Shown in pieces: positions 24,025 through 37,800 of a DNA stretch of 64,000 nucleotides (its first letter is position 1; each line of letters begins with the position of its first letter). A program made the translations under genes and the position numbers. Source of the stretch: Nemertoderma westbladi (lineage: Eukaryota > Animalia > Xenacoelomorpha). The DNA is taken from positions 18,262 to 82,261 of the forward strand of contig JAUCBJ010006969.1 in assembly GCA_032718475.1 (NCBI GenBank). Reading direction: 5' to 3'. The notes below the pieces were generated by a model. That model searched no databases. It was not told the origin of the DNA and worked only from the letters and a program-made list of their open reading frames with translations.

Positions 24025-25299
24025 GTTTGATACTGAATCAATCCATTTAAACGTTTTAAGAGACCTTCGCGCAGTATGTGAGATACTGAAACAATCAGTT
24101 GAAACTTTTAAGAGACCTTCATGCAGCACGTACGTGGGGTACCTGGGTACCGTAACAATCTGTTAAAATGTTTAAGATACCATTGTGCAGCACATCTTGG
24201 ATACTGAAACAATCTATTGAAACGTTTAAGATACCTTCATGCAGCATGTGGAGTACACTGTAACAATCTATTGAAACATTTAAGATACTGTACCTTTGCG
24301 CAGTATATGGGATACTGAAACAATTCGTTGAAATGTGTAAGAGAGAACAATCTGGTGAAACGTTTAAGAGACCTTCATGCAGCACATTGGATTTGGATAC
24401 TGAAACAATCTATTGAAACGTTTAAGAGACCTTCATGCAGTTGCAGCATGTTGGATACTGAAACTATCTATTGATGAAACGTAAAGAGACCTTCATGCAG
24501 CAAGTTGGATACTGAAACAATCTATTGAAACGTAAGAGACCTTCATGCAGCACGTTGGATACTGAAACAATCTATTGAAACGTTTAAGAGATACCATTGT
24601 GCAGCACTTTGGATACCGAAACAATCTATTGAAACGTTTAAGATACCTTCATGCAGCAAGTTGGATACTGAAACAATCTATTGAAACGTAAGAGACCTTC
24701 ATGCAGCACATTGGATACTGAAACAATCTATTGAAACGTTTAAGATACCTTCATGCAGCACATTGGATACTGAAACAATCTGTTGAAACGTTAAGATACC
24801 TTCGCGCAGTATGTGAGATACTGAAACAATCCGTTGAAATGTCCAAGAGTCAACAATCTGTTGAAACGTTTAAGATACAGACCTTCATGCAGTACGTTGG
24901 ATACTGAAAAAATCTATTGAAACGTTTGAGAGACCTTCGCGCAGTATGTGAGATACTGAAACAATCCGTTGAAACATTTAAGAGACCTTCATGCAACATG
25001 TGGGGGTGGGATACCTTGTAACAATCTATTGAAACATTTAAGATACCTTCGCCCAGTATGCAGTATATGGGATACTGAAACAATTCGTTGAAATGTGTAA
25101 GAGAGAACAATCTGGTGAAACGTTTAAGAGACCTTCATGCAGCATATTGGATTTGGATACTGAAACAATCTATTGAAACGTTTAAGAGACCTTCATGCAG
25201 CATGTTGGATACTGAAATAATCTATTGATGAAACGTTTAAGAGACTTTCATGCAGCACGTTGGATACTGAAACATTGTGAAACAATCTATTGAAACGTA
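24025..25299. repeat. Degenerate ~45-bp minisatellite (TTGGATACTGAAACAATCTATTGAAACGTTTAAGAGACCTTCATGCAGCA)
   Basis: Read directly. Related blocks at ~22430-22860 and, inverted, at ~21875-22005. Confidence 0.9.
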
Positions 25300-25300
25300 C

Positions 25301-25835
25301 TGTCAATTCCGTGCATTACCCACCGAAAATGGGACAAGTGGCATTTAACCAATATAGTTGGCGATGTGAGATTACCAATAATAATCTCACCTCATAACCA
25401 ACTGGGGGGGAGGTCAAACCACCTCAGAGGGAGAAACAAGCTAGCGAGGCTAGCACCAAGGGGTAACGCCAACAGGGAGTGGTGAGGTGACAATTAATAT
25501 ATAAGCCAATAGTGGGAAGGAAAGCACATTGGGGAGGACAAGAGCGCATCCATTGGATATTAAGGCCGCCCAGTAGTGTAGGGCTAAAAGCAATATGTGT
25601 CAATGATATAACCCTTGTAATTACTGATTATTAGTTAGTTTATTCCCTTACGGTTGTGAGACTGGAATAGTTTTTGACCGTCGTTACCGTTACTGTTTGT
25701 ATTACATATTATTATATTAAGACTGTGCTATTATCAATTGCTGTGATTATCAATACTGACAACTAACTCTGTTGTTTTCCATCGGCCTTTGGCCAAACAT
25801 ATACATCCAGCCTTCAGCCCAGCAACGCAATGACG
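25301..25835 (+). mobile_element. Solo LTR
   Basis: Begins TGTCA and ends TGACG (one change from TGACA), flanked by 5-bp CGTAC at 25296-25300 and 25836-25840. Internal CCAAT and TATATAA (~25497). Confidence 0.65.
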
Positions 25836-25887
25836 CGTACAACCTACACCGGTCGGTATTTCACTACTGTCAACTTAAAGTGGATAC

Positions 25888-28800
25888 CATACTCTAGAGG
25901 GTTCCCATCTATATATATCTATTCAACCCGCTAGCCGTGCCCCGACCAACATGGCCCGTACTCTAGAGGGTTCCCATCTATATATATCTATTCAACCCGC
26001 TAGCCGAGCCCCGACCAACATGGCCCGTACTCTAGAGGGTTCAACCCGCTAGCCGAGCCCCGACCAACATGGCCCGTACTCTAGAGGGTTCCCATCTATA
26101 TTATCTATTCAACCCGCTAGCCGAGCCCCGACCAACATGGCCCGTACTCTAGAGGGTTCCCATCTATATATATATATTCAACCCGCTAGCCGAGCCCCGA
26201 CCAACATGGCCCGTACTCTAGAGGGTTCCCATCTATATATATCTATTCAACCCGCTAGCCGAGCCCCGACCAACATGGCCCATACTCTAGAGGGTTCAAC
26301 CCGCTAGCCGAGCCCCGACCAACATGGCCCGTACTCTAGAGGGTTCCCATCTATATATATCTATTCAACCCGCTAGCCGAGCCCCGACCAACATGGCCCG
26401 TACTCTAGAGGGTTCAACCCGCTAGCCGAGCCCCGACCAACATGGCCCGTACTCTAGAGGGTTCCCATCTATATATATCTATTCAACCCGCTAGCCGTGC
26501 CCCGACCAACATGGCCCATACTCGAGAGGGTTCAACCCGCTAGCCGAGCCCCGACCAACATGGCCCGTACTCTAGAGGGTTCCCATCTATATATATCTAT
26601 TCAACCCGCTAGCCGAGCCCCGACCAACATGGCCCGTACTCTAGAGGGTTCCCATCTATATATATCTATTCAACCCGCTAGCCGAGCCCCGACCAACATG
26701 GCCCATACTCTAGAGGGTTCAACCCGCTAGCCGAGCCCCGACCAACATGGCCCGTACTCTAGAGGGTTCCCATCTATATATATCTATTCAACCCGCTAGC
26801 CGAGCCCCGACCAACATGGCCCATACTCGAGAGGGTTCAACCCGCTAGCCGAGCCCCGACCAACATGGCCCGTACTCTAGAGGGTTCCCATCTATATATA
26901 TCTATTCAACCCGCTAGCCGTGCCCCGACCAACATGGCCCATACTCTAGAGGGTTCAACCCGCTAGCCGAGCCCCGACCAACATGGCCCGTACTCTAGAG
27001 GGTTCCCATCTATATATATCTATTCAACCCGCTAGCCGAGCCCCGACCAACATGGCCCGTACTCTAGAGGGTTCCCATCTATATATATCTATTCAACCCG
27101 CTAGCCGAGCCCCGACCAACATGGCCCGTACTCTAGAGGGTTCAACCCGCTAGCCGAGCCCCGACCAACATGGCCCGTACTCTAGAGGGTTCCCATCTAT
27201 ATATCTATTCAACCCGCTAGCCGAGCCCCGACCAACATGGCCCATACTCTAGATAGGTTCAACCCGCTAGCCGAGCCCCGACCAACATGGCCCGTACTCT
27301 AGAGGGTTCCCATCTATATATATATATTCAACCCGCTAGCCGAGCCCCGACCAACATGGCCCGTACTCTAGAGGGTTCCCATCTATATATATCTATTCAA
27401 CCCGCTAGCCGAGCCCCGACCAACATGGCCCGTACTCTAGAGGGTTCCCATCTATATATATCTATTCAACCCGCTAGCCGAGCCCCGACCAACATGGCCC
27501 ATACTCTAGAATAAGGTTCAACCCGCTAGCCGAGCCCCGACCAACATGGCCCGTACTCTAGAGGGTTCCCATCTATATATATCTATTCAACCCGCTAGCC
27601 GAGCCCCGACCAACATGGCCCGTACTCTAGAGGGTTCAACCCGCTAGCCGAGCCCCGACCAACATGGCCCGTACTCTAGAGGGTTCAACCCGCTATCAGC
27701 CCCGACCAACATGGCCCGTACTCTAGAGGGTTCCCATCTATATATATCTATTCAACCCGCTAGCCGAGCCCCGACCAACATGGCCCGTACTCTAGAGGGT
27801 TCCCATCTATATATATCTATTCAACCCGCTAGCCGAGCCCCGACCAACATGGCCCGTACTCTAGAGGGTTCCCATCTATATATATCTATTCAACCCGCTA
27901 GCCGAGCCCCGACCAACATGGCCCGTACTCTAGAGGGTTCAACCCGCTAGCCGAGCCCCGACCAACATGGCCCATACTCTAGAGGGTTCAACCCGCTATC
28001 AGCCCCGACCAACATGGCCCGTACTCTAGAGGGTTCAACCCGCTAGCCGAGCCCCGACCAACATGGCCCGTACTCTAGAGGGTTCCCATCTATATATCTA
28101 TTCAACCCGCTAGCCGAGCCCCGACCAACATGGCCCATACTCTAGAATAAGGTTCAACCCGCTAGCCGAGCCCCGACCAACATGGCCCGTACTCTAGAGG
28201 GTTCCCATCTATATATATCTATTCAACCCGCTAGCCGAGCCCCGACCAACATGGCCCGTACTCTAGAGGGTTCCCATCTATATATATCTATTCAACCCGC
28301 TAGCCGAGCCCCGACCAACATGGCCCGTACTCTAGAGGGTTCAACCCGCTAGCCGAGCCCCGACCAACATGGCCCGTACTCTAGAGGGTTCCCATCTATA
28401 TATATTCTATTCAACCCGCTAGCCAGCCCCGACCAACATGGCCCGTACTCTAGAGGGTTCCCATCTATATATATCTATTCAACCCGCTAGCCGAGCCCCG
28501 ACCAACATGGCCCGTACTCTAGAGGGTTCCCATCTATATATATATCTATTCAACCCGCTAGCCAGCCCCGACCAACATGGCCCGTACTCTAGAGGGTTCC
28601 CATCTATATATATCTATTCAACCCGCTAGCCGTGCCCCGACCAACATGGCCCGTACTCTAGAGGGTTCAACCCGCTAGCCGAGCCCCGACCAACATGGCC
28701 CGTACTCTAGAGGGTTCCCATCTATATATATCTATTCAACCCGCTAGCCGAGCCCCGACCAACATGGCCCGTACTCTAGAGGGTTCCCATCTATATATAT

Positions 28801-31800
28801 CTATTCAACCCGCTAGCCGAGCCCCGACCAACATGGCCCGTACTCTAGAGGGTTCCCATCTATATATATCTATTCAACCCGCTAGCCGAGCCCCGACCAA
28901 CATGGCCCGTACTCTAGAGGGTTCAACCCGCTATCAGCCCCGACCAACATGGCCCGTACTCTAGAGGGTTCCCATCTATATATATCTATTCAACCCGCTA
29001 GCCGAGCCCCGACCAACATGGCCCGTACTCTAGAGGGTTCCCATCTATATATATCTATTCAACCCGCTAGCCGAGCCCCGACCAACATGGCCCGTACTCT
29101 AGAGGGTTCCCATCTATATATATATATTCAACCCGCTAGCCGAGCCCCGACCAACATGGCCCGTACTCTAGAGGGTTCCCATCTATATATATCTATTCAA
29201 CCCGCTAGCCGAGCCCCGACCAACATGGCCCGTACTCTAGAGGGTTCAACCCGCTAGCCGAGCCCCGACCAACATGGCCCGTACTCTAGAGGGTTCCCAT
29301 CTATATATCTATTCAACCCGCTAGCCGAGCCCCGACCAACATGGCCCATACTCTAGAATAAGGTTCAACCCGCTAGCCGAGCCCCGACCAACATGGCCCG
29401 TACTCTAGAGGGTTCCCATCTATATATATCTATTCAACCCGCTAGCCGTGCCCCGACCAACATGGCCCGTACTCTAGAGGGTTCAACCCGCTAGCCGAGC
29501 CCCGACCAACATGGCCCGTACTCTAGAGGGTTCAACCCGCTATCAGCCCCGACCAACATGGCCCGTACTCTAGAGGGTTCCCATCTATATATATCTATTC
29601 AACCCGCTAGCCGAGCCCCGACCAACATGGCCCGTACTCTAGAGGGTTCCCATCTATATATATCTATTCAACCCGCTAGCCGAGCCCCGACCAACATGGC
29701 CCATACTCTAGAGGGTTCCCATCTATATATATCTATTCAACCCGCTAGCCGAGCCCCGACCAACATGGCCCGTACTCTAGAGGGTTCAACCCGCTAGCCG
29801 AGCCCCGACCAACATGGCCCATACTCTAGAGGGTTCAACCCGCTAGCCGAGCCCCGACCAACATGGCCCATACTCTAGAGGGTTCAACCCGCTAGCCGAG
29901 CCCCGACCAACATGGCCCGTACTCTAGAGGGTTCAACCCGCTAGCCGAGCCCCGACCAACATGGCCCATACTCTAGAGGGTTCAACCCGCTAGCCGAGCC
30001 CCGACCAACATGGCCCATACTCTAGAGGGTTCAACCCGCTAGCCGAGCCCCGACCAACATGGCCCGTACTCTAGAGGGTTCAACCCGCTAGCGGAGCCCC
30101 GACCAACATGGCCCGTACTCTAGAGGGTTCCCATCTATATATATTTATTCAACCCACTAGCCGAGCCCCGACCAACATGGCCCGTACTCTAGAGGGTTCC
30201 CATCTATATATATTTATTCAACCCGCTAGCCGAGCCCCGACCAACATGGCCCGTACTCTAGAGGGTTCCCATCTATATATATCTATTCAACCCGCTAGCC
30301 GAGCCCCGACCAACATGGCCCGTACTCGAGAGGGTTCAACCCGCTAGCCATGCCCCGACCAACATGGCCCGTACTCTAGAGGGTTCCCATCTATATATAT
30401 TTATTCAACCCACTAGCGGAGCCCCGACCAACATGGCCCGTACTCTAGAGGGTTCCCATCTATATATATCTATTCAACCCGCTAGCCGAGCCCCGACCAA
30501 CATGGCCCGTACTCTAGAGGGTTCCCATCTATATATATTTATTCAACCCGCTAGCCGTGCCCCGACCAACATGGCCCATACTCTAGAGGGTTCAACCCGC
30601 TAGCCGAGCCCCGACCAACATGGCCCGTACTCTAGAGGGTTCCCATCTATATATATCTATTCAACCCGCTAGCCGAGCCCCGACCAACATGGCCCGTACT
30701 CTAGAGGGTTCCCATCTATATATCTATTCAACCCGCTAGCGGAGCCCCGACCAACATGGCCCGTACTCTAGAGGGTTCAACCCGCTAGCCGAGCCCCGAC
30801 CAACATGGCCCGTACTCTAGAGGGTTCCCATCTATATATCTATTCAACCCGCTAGCGGAGCCCCGACCAACATGGCCCGTACTCTAGAGGGTTCAACCCG
30901 CTAGCCGAGCCCCGACCAACATGGCCCGTACTTTAGAGGGTTCAACCCGCTAGCCGAGCCCCGACCAACATGGCCCGTACTCTAGAGGGTTCAACCCGCT
31001 AGCGGAGCCCCGACCAACATGGCCCGTACTCTAGAGGGTTCCCATCTATATATATCTATTCAACCCGCTAGCCGAGCCCCGACCAACATGGCCCGTACTC
31101 TAGAGGGTTCCCATCTATATATATCTATTCAACCCGCTAGCCGAGCCCCGACCAACATGGCCCGTACTCTAGAGGGTTCCCATCTATATATATATCTATT
31201 CAACCAGCTAGCCGAGCCCCGACCAACATGGCCCGTACTCTAGAGGGTTCCCATCTATATATATCTATTCAACCCGCTAGCCGTGCCCCGACCAACATGG
31301 CCCATACTCGAGAGGGTTCAACCCGCTAGCCGAGCCCCGACCAACATGGCCCGTACTCTAGAGGGTTCCCATCTATATATATCTATTCAACCCGCTAGCC
31401 GAGCCCCGACCAACATGGCCCGTACTCTAGAGGGTTCAACCCGCTAGCCGAGCCCCGACCAACATGGCCCATACTCTAGAGGGTTCAACCCGCTAGCCGA
31501 GCCCCGACCAACATGGCCCGTACTCTAGAGGGTTCAACCCGCTAGCCGAGCCCCGACCAACATGGCCCATACTCTAGAGGGTTCAACCCGCTAGCCGAGC
31601 CCCGACCAACATGGCCCATACTCTAGAGGGTTCAACCCGCTAGCCGAGCCCCGACCAACATGGCCCGTACTCTAGAGGGTTCAACCCGCTAGCGGAGCCC
31701 CGACCAACATGGCCCGTACTCTAGAGGGTTCAACCCGCTAGCCGAGCCCCGACCAACATGGCCCATACTCTAGAGGGTTCAACCCGCTAGCCGAGCCCCG

Positions 31801-34800
31801 ACCAACATGGCCCATACTCTAGAGGGTTCAACCCGCTAGCCGAGCCCCGACCAACATGGCCCATACTCTAGAGGGTTCAACCCGCTAGCCGAGCCCCGAC
31901 CAACATGGCCCGTACTCTAGAGGGTTCAACCCGCTAGCGGAGCCCCGACCAACATGGCCCGTACTCTAGAGGGTTCCCATCTATATATCTATTCAACCCG
32001 CTAGCCAAGCCCCGACCAACATGGCCCGTACTCTAGAGGGTTCAACCCGCTAGCCGAGCCCCGACCAACATGGCCCATACTCTAGAGGGTTCAACCCGCT
32101 AGCCGAGCCCCGACCAACATGGCCCGTACTCTAGAGGGTTCAACCCGCTAGCCGAGCCCCGACCAACATGGCCCATACTCTAGAGGGTTCAACCCGCTAG
32201 CCGAGCCCCGACCAACATGGCCCGTACTCTAGAGGGTTCAACCCGCTAGCCGAGCCCCGACCAACATGGCCCATACTCTAGAGGGTTCAACCCGCTAGCC
32301 GAGCCCCGACCAACATGGCCCATACTCTAGAGGGTTCAACCCGCTAGCCGAGCCCCGACCATCATGGCCCGTACTCTAGAGGGTTCAACCCGCTAGCGGA
32401 GCCCCGACCAACATGGCCCGTACTCTAGAGGGTTCCCATCTATATATATCTATTCAACCCGCTAGCCGAGCCCCGACCAACATGGCCCGTACTCTAGAGG
32501 GTTCAACCCGCTAGCCGAGCCCCGACCAACATGGCCCGTACTCTAGAGGGTTCCCATCTATATATCTATTCAACCCGCTAGCGGAGCCCCGGCCAACATG
32601 GCCCATACTCGAGAGGGTTCAACCCGCTAGCCGAGCCCCGACCAACATGGCCCGTACTTTAGAGGGTTCAACCCGCTAGCCGAGCCCCGACCAACATGGC
32701 CCATACTCTAGAGGGTTCAACCCGCTAGCCGAGCCCCGACCAACATGGCCCATACTCTAGAGGGTTCAACCCGCTAGCCGAGCCCCGACCAACATGGCCC
32801 GTACTCTAGAGGGTTCAACCCGCTAGCCGAGCCCCGACCAACATGGCCCGTACTTTAGAGGGTTCAACCCGCTAGCCGAGCCCCGACCAACATGGCCCAT
32901 ACTCTAGAGGGTTCAACCCGCTAGCCGAGCCCCGACCAACATGGCCCATACTCTAGAGGGTTCAACCCGCTAGCCGAGCCCCGACCAACATGGCCCGTAC
33001 TCTAGAGGGTTCAACCCGCTAGCCGAGCCCCGACCAACATGGCCCGTACTCTAGAGGGTTCCCATCTATATATCTATTCAACCCGCTAGCGGAGCCCCGG
33101 CCAACATGGCCCATACTCTAGAGGGTTCCCATCTATATATCTATTCAACCCGCTAGCCGAGCCCCGACCAACATGGCCCATACTCTAGAGGGTTCAACCC
33201 GCTAGCCGAGCCCCGACCAACATGGCCCGTACTCTAGAGGGTTCAACCCGCTAGCGGAGCCCCGACCAACATGGCCCGTACTCTAGAGGATTCCCATCTA
33301 TATATCTATTCAACCAGCTAGCGGAGCCCCGACCAACATGGCCCGTACTCTAGAGGGTTCAACCCGCTAGCCGAGCCCCGACCAACATGGCCCATACTCT
33401 AGAGGGTTCAACCCGCTAGCCGAGCCCCGACCAACATGGCCCGTACTCTAGAGGGTTCAACCCGCTAGCGGAGCCCCGACCAACATGGCCCGTACTCTAG
33501 AGGGTTCAACCCGCTAGCCGAGCCCCGACCAACATGGCCCGTACTCTAGAGGGTTCAACCCGCTAGCCGAGCCCCGACCAACATGGCCCGTACTCTAGAG
33601 GGTTCAACCCGCTAGCCGAGCCCCGACCAACATGGCCCATACTCTAGAGGGTTCAACCCGCTAGCCGAGCCCCGACCAACATGGCCCATACTCTAGAGGG
33701 TTCAACCCGCTAGCCGAGCCCCGACCAACATGGCCCATACTCTAGAGGGTTCAACCCGCTAGCCGAGCCCCGACCAACATGGCCCGTACTCTAGAGGGTT
33801 CAACCCGCTAGCCGTGCCCCGACCAACATGGCCCGTACTCTAGAGGGTTCAACCCGCTAGCCGAGCCCCGACCAACATGGCCCGTACTCTAGAGGGTTCA
33901 ACCCGCTAGCCGAGCCCCGACCAACATGGCCCGTACTCTAGAGGGTTCAACCCGCTAGCCGAGCCCCGACCAACATGGCCCGTACTCTAGAGGGTTCAAC
34001 CCGCTAGCCGAGCCCCGACCAACATGGCCCTTACTCTAGAGGGTTCCCATCTATATATATTTATTCAACCCGCTAGCCGAGCCCCGACCAACATGGCCCG
34101 TACTCTAGAGGGTTCCCATCTATATATATTTATTCAACCCGCTAGCCGAGCCCCGACCAACATGGCCTGTACTCTAGAGGGTTCCCATCTATATATATAT
34201 ATATTCAACCCGCTAGCCGTGCCCCGACCAACATGGCCCGTACTCTAGAGGGTTCCCATCTATATATATTTATTCAACCCGCTAGCCGAGCCCCGACCAA
34301 CATGGCCCGTACTCTAGAGGGTTCCCATCTATATATATTTATTCAACCCGCTAGCCGAGCCCCGACCAACATGGCCCGTACTCTAGAGGGTTCCCATCTA
34401 TATATATTTATTCAACCCGCTAGCCGAGCCCCGACCAACATGGCCCGTACTCTAGAGGGTTCCCATCTATATATATCTATTCAACCCGCTAGCGGAGCCC
34501 CGACCAACATGGCCCATACTCTAGAGGGTTCAACCCGCTAGCCGAGCCCCAACCAACATGGCCCGTACTCTAGAGAGTTCCCATCTATATATATCTACTT
34601 AACCCGCTAGCCGAGCCCCAACCAACATGGCCCGTACTCTAGAGGGTTCCCATCTATATTATCTATTCAACCCGCTAGCCGAGCCCCGACCAACATGGCC
34701 TGTACTCTAGAGGGTTCCCATCTATATATATCTATTCAACCCGCTAGCGGAGCCCCGACCAACATGGCCCATACTCTAGAGGGTTCAACCCGCTAGCCGA

Positions 34801-37800
34801 GCCCCGACCAACATGGCCCGTACTCTAGAGAGTTCCCATCTATATATATTTATTCAACCCGCTAGCCGAGCCCCGACCAACATGGCCCGTACTCTAGAGG
34901 GTTCCCATCTATATATATTTATTCAACCCGCTAGCCGAGTCCCGACCAACATGGCCCGTACTCTAGAGGGTTCCCATCTATATATATTTATTCAACCCGC
35001 TAGCCGAACCCCGACCAACATGGCCCGTACTCTAGAGGGTTCAACCCGCTAGCCGAGCCCCGACCAACATGGCCCGTACTCTAGAGGGTTCCCATCTATA
35101 TATATTTATTCAACCCGCTAGCCGAGTCCCGACCAACATGGCCTGTACTCTAGAGGGTTCCCATCTATATATATCTATTCAACCAGCTAGCCGAGCCCCG
35201 ACCAACATGGCCCGTACTCGAGAGGGTTCAACCCGCTAGCCGAGCCCCGACCAACATGGCCTGTACTCTAGAGGGTTCCCATCTATATATATTTATTCAA
35301 CCCGCTAGCCGAGTCCCGACCAACATGGCCCGTACTCTAGAGAGTTCCCATCTATATATATTTATTCAACCCGCTAGCCGAGCCCCGACCAACATGGCCC
35401 GTACTCTAGAGGGTTCCCATCTATATATATATCTATTCAACCCGCTAGCTGAGCCCCGACCAACATGGCCCATACTCTAGAGGGTTCCCATCTATATATA
35501 TATCTATTCAACCCGCTAGCCGAACCCCGACCAACATGGCCCGTACTCTAGAGGGTTCAACCCGCTAGCCGAGCCCCGACCAACATGGCCTGTACTCTAG
35601 AGGGTTCCCATCTATATATATTTATTCAACCCGCTAGCCGAGTCCCGACCAACATGGCCCGTACTCTAGAGAGTTCCCATCTATATATCCATTCAACCCG
35701 CTAGCCGAGCCCCGACCAACATGGCCCGTACTCTAGAGGGTTCCCATCTATATATATATCTATTCAACCCGCTAGCTGAGCCCCGACCAACATGGCCCGT
35801 ACTCTAGAGAGTTCCCATCTATATATATTTATTCAACCCGCTAGCCGAGTCCCGACCAACATGGCCCGTACTCTAGAGAGTTCCCATCTATATATATTTA
35901 TTCAACCCGCTAGCCGAGCCCCGACCAACATGGCCCGTACTCTAGAGGGTTCCCATCTATATATCCATTCAACCCGCTAGCCGAGCCCCGACCAACATGG
36001 CCCATACTCTAGAGGGTTCCCATCTATATATATCTATTCAACCCGCTAGCCGAGCCCCGACCAACATGGCCCGTACTCTAGAGGGTTCCCATCTATATAT
36101 ATCTATTCAACCCGCTAGCCGAGCCCCGACCAACATGGCCCGTACTCTAGAGGGTTCCCATCTATATATATCTATTCAACCCGCTAGCCGAGCCCCGACC
36201 AACATGGCCCGTACTCGAGAGGGTTCAACCCGCTAGCCGAGCCCCGACCAACATGGCCTGTACTCTAGAGGGTTCCCATCTATATATATCTATTCAACCA
36301 GCTAGCCGAGCCCCGACCAACATGGCCCGTACTCGAGAGGGTTCAACCCGCTAGCCGAGCCCCGACCAACATGGCCTGTACTCTAGAGGGTTCCCATCTA
36401 TATATATTTATTCAACCCGCTAGCCGAGTCCCGACCAACATGGCCCGTACTCTAGAGAGTTCCCATCTATATATATTTATTCAACCCGCTAGCCGAGCCC
36501 CGACCAACATGGCCCGTACTCTAGAGGGTTCCCATCTATATATCCATTCAACCCGCTAGCCGAGCCCCGACCAACATGGCCCGTACTCTAGAGGGTTCCC
36601 ATCTATATATATATCTATTCAACCCGCTAGCTGAGCCCCGACCAACATGGCCCGTACTCTAGAGGGTTCCCATCTATATATATATCTATTCAACCCGCTA
36701 GCTGAGCCCCGACCAACATGGCCCATACTCTAGAGGGTTCCCATCTATATATATATCTATTCAACCCGCTAGCCGAACCCCGACCAACATGGCCCATACT
36801 CTAGAGGGTTCAACCCGCTAGCCGAGCCCCGACCAACATGGCCTGTACTCTAGAGGGTTCCCATCTATATATATTTATTCAACCCGCTAGCCGAGCCCCG
36901 ACCAACATGGCCCGTACTCGAGAGGGTTCAACCCGCTAGCCGAGCCCCGACCAACATGGCCTGTACTCTAGAGGGTTCCCATCTATATATATATCTATTC
37001 AACCCGCTAGCTGAGCCCCGACCAACATGGCCCATACTCTAGAGGGTTCCCATCTATATATATATCTATTCAACCCGCTAGCCGAACCCCGACCAACATG
37101 GCCCATACTCTAGAGGGTTCAACCCGCTAGCCGAGCCCCGACCAACATGGCCTGTACTCTAGAGGGTTCCCATCTATATATATTTATTCAACCCGCTAGC
37201 CGAGCCCCGACCAACATGGCCCGTACTCGAGAGGGTTCAACCCGCTAGCCGAGCCCCGACCAACATGGCCCGTACTCTAGAGGGTTCCCATCTATATATA
37301 TCTATTCAACCCGCTAGCCGAGCCCCGACCAACATGGCCCGTACTCGAGAGGGTTCAACCCGCTAGCCGAGCCCCGACCAACATGGCCTGTACTCTAGAG
37401 GGTTCCCATCTATATATATCTATTCAACCAGCTAGCCGAGCCCCGACCAACATGGCCCGTACTCGAGAGGGTTCAACCCGCTAGCCGAGCCCCGACCAAC
37501 ATGGCCCGTACTCTAGAGGGTTCCCATCTATATATATCTATTCAACCCGCTAACCGAGCCCCGACCAACATGGCCCGTACTCTAGAGGGTTCCCATCTAT
37601 ATATCCATTCAACCCGCTAGCCGAGCCCCGACCAACATGGCCCGTACTCTAGAGGGTTCCCATCTATATATATATATTCAACCCGCTAGCGGAGCCCCGA
37701 CCAACATGGCCCATACTCTAGAGGGTTCAACCCGCTAGCCGAGCCCCGACCAACATGGCCCGTACTCTAGAGGGTTCCCATCTATATATATATCTATTCA

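Larger units (their letters stand above)
19693..24120. mobile_element. Cluster of rearranged non-autonomous DNA-transposon remnants (Tc1/pogo-like ends)
   Basis: CAGTAGGGT[T/C]CCCTATC...CCGATCGGGATAT recurs at 19693, 22008 and 23666, the first preceded by TA. 22008-22500 and 23666-24120 are diverged duplicates. A ~55-bp direct repeat occurs at ~19640 and ~22933. Confidence 0.5.

Noticed and set aside
25301-25761. Shorter LTR ending at TGACA 25761
   Set aside because: No TSD at that boundary; CGTAC duplication supports an end at 25835.
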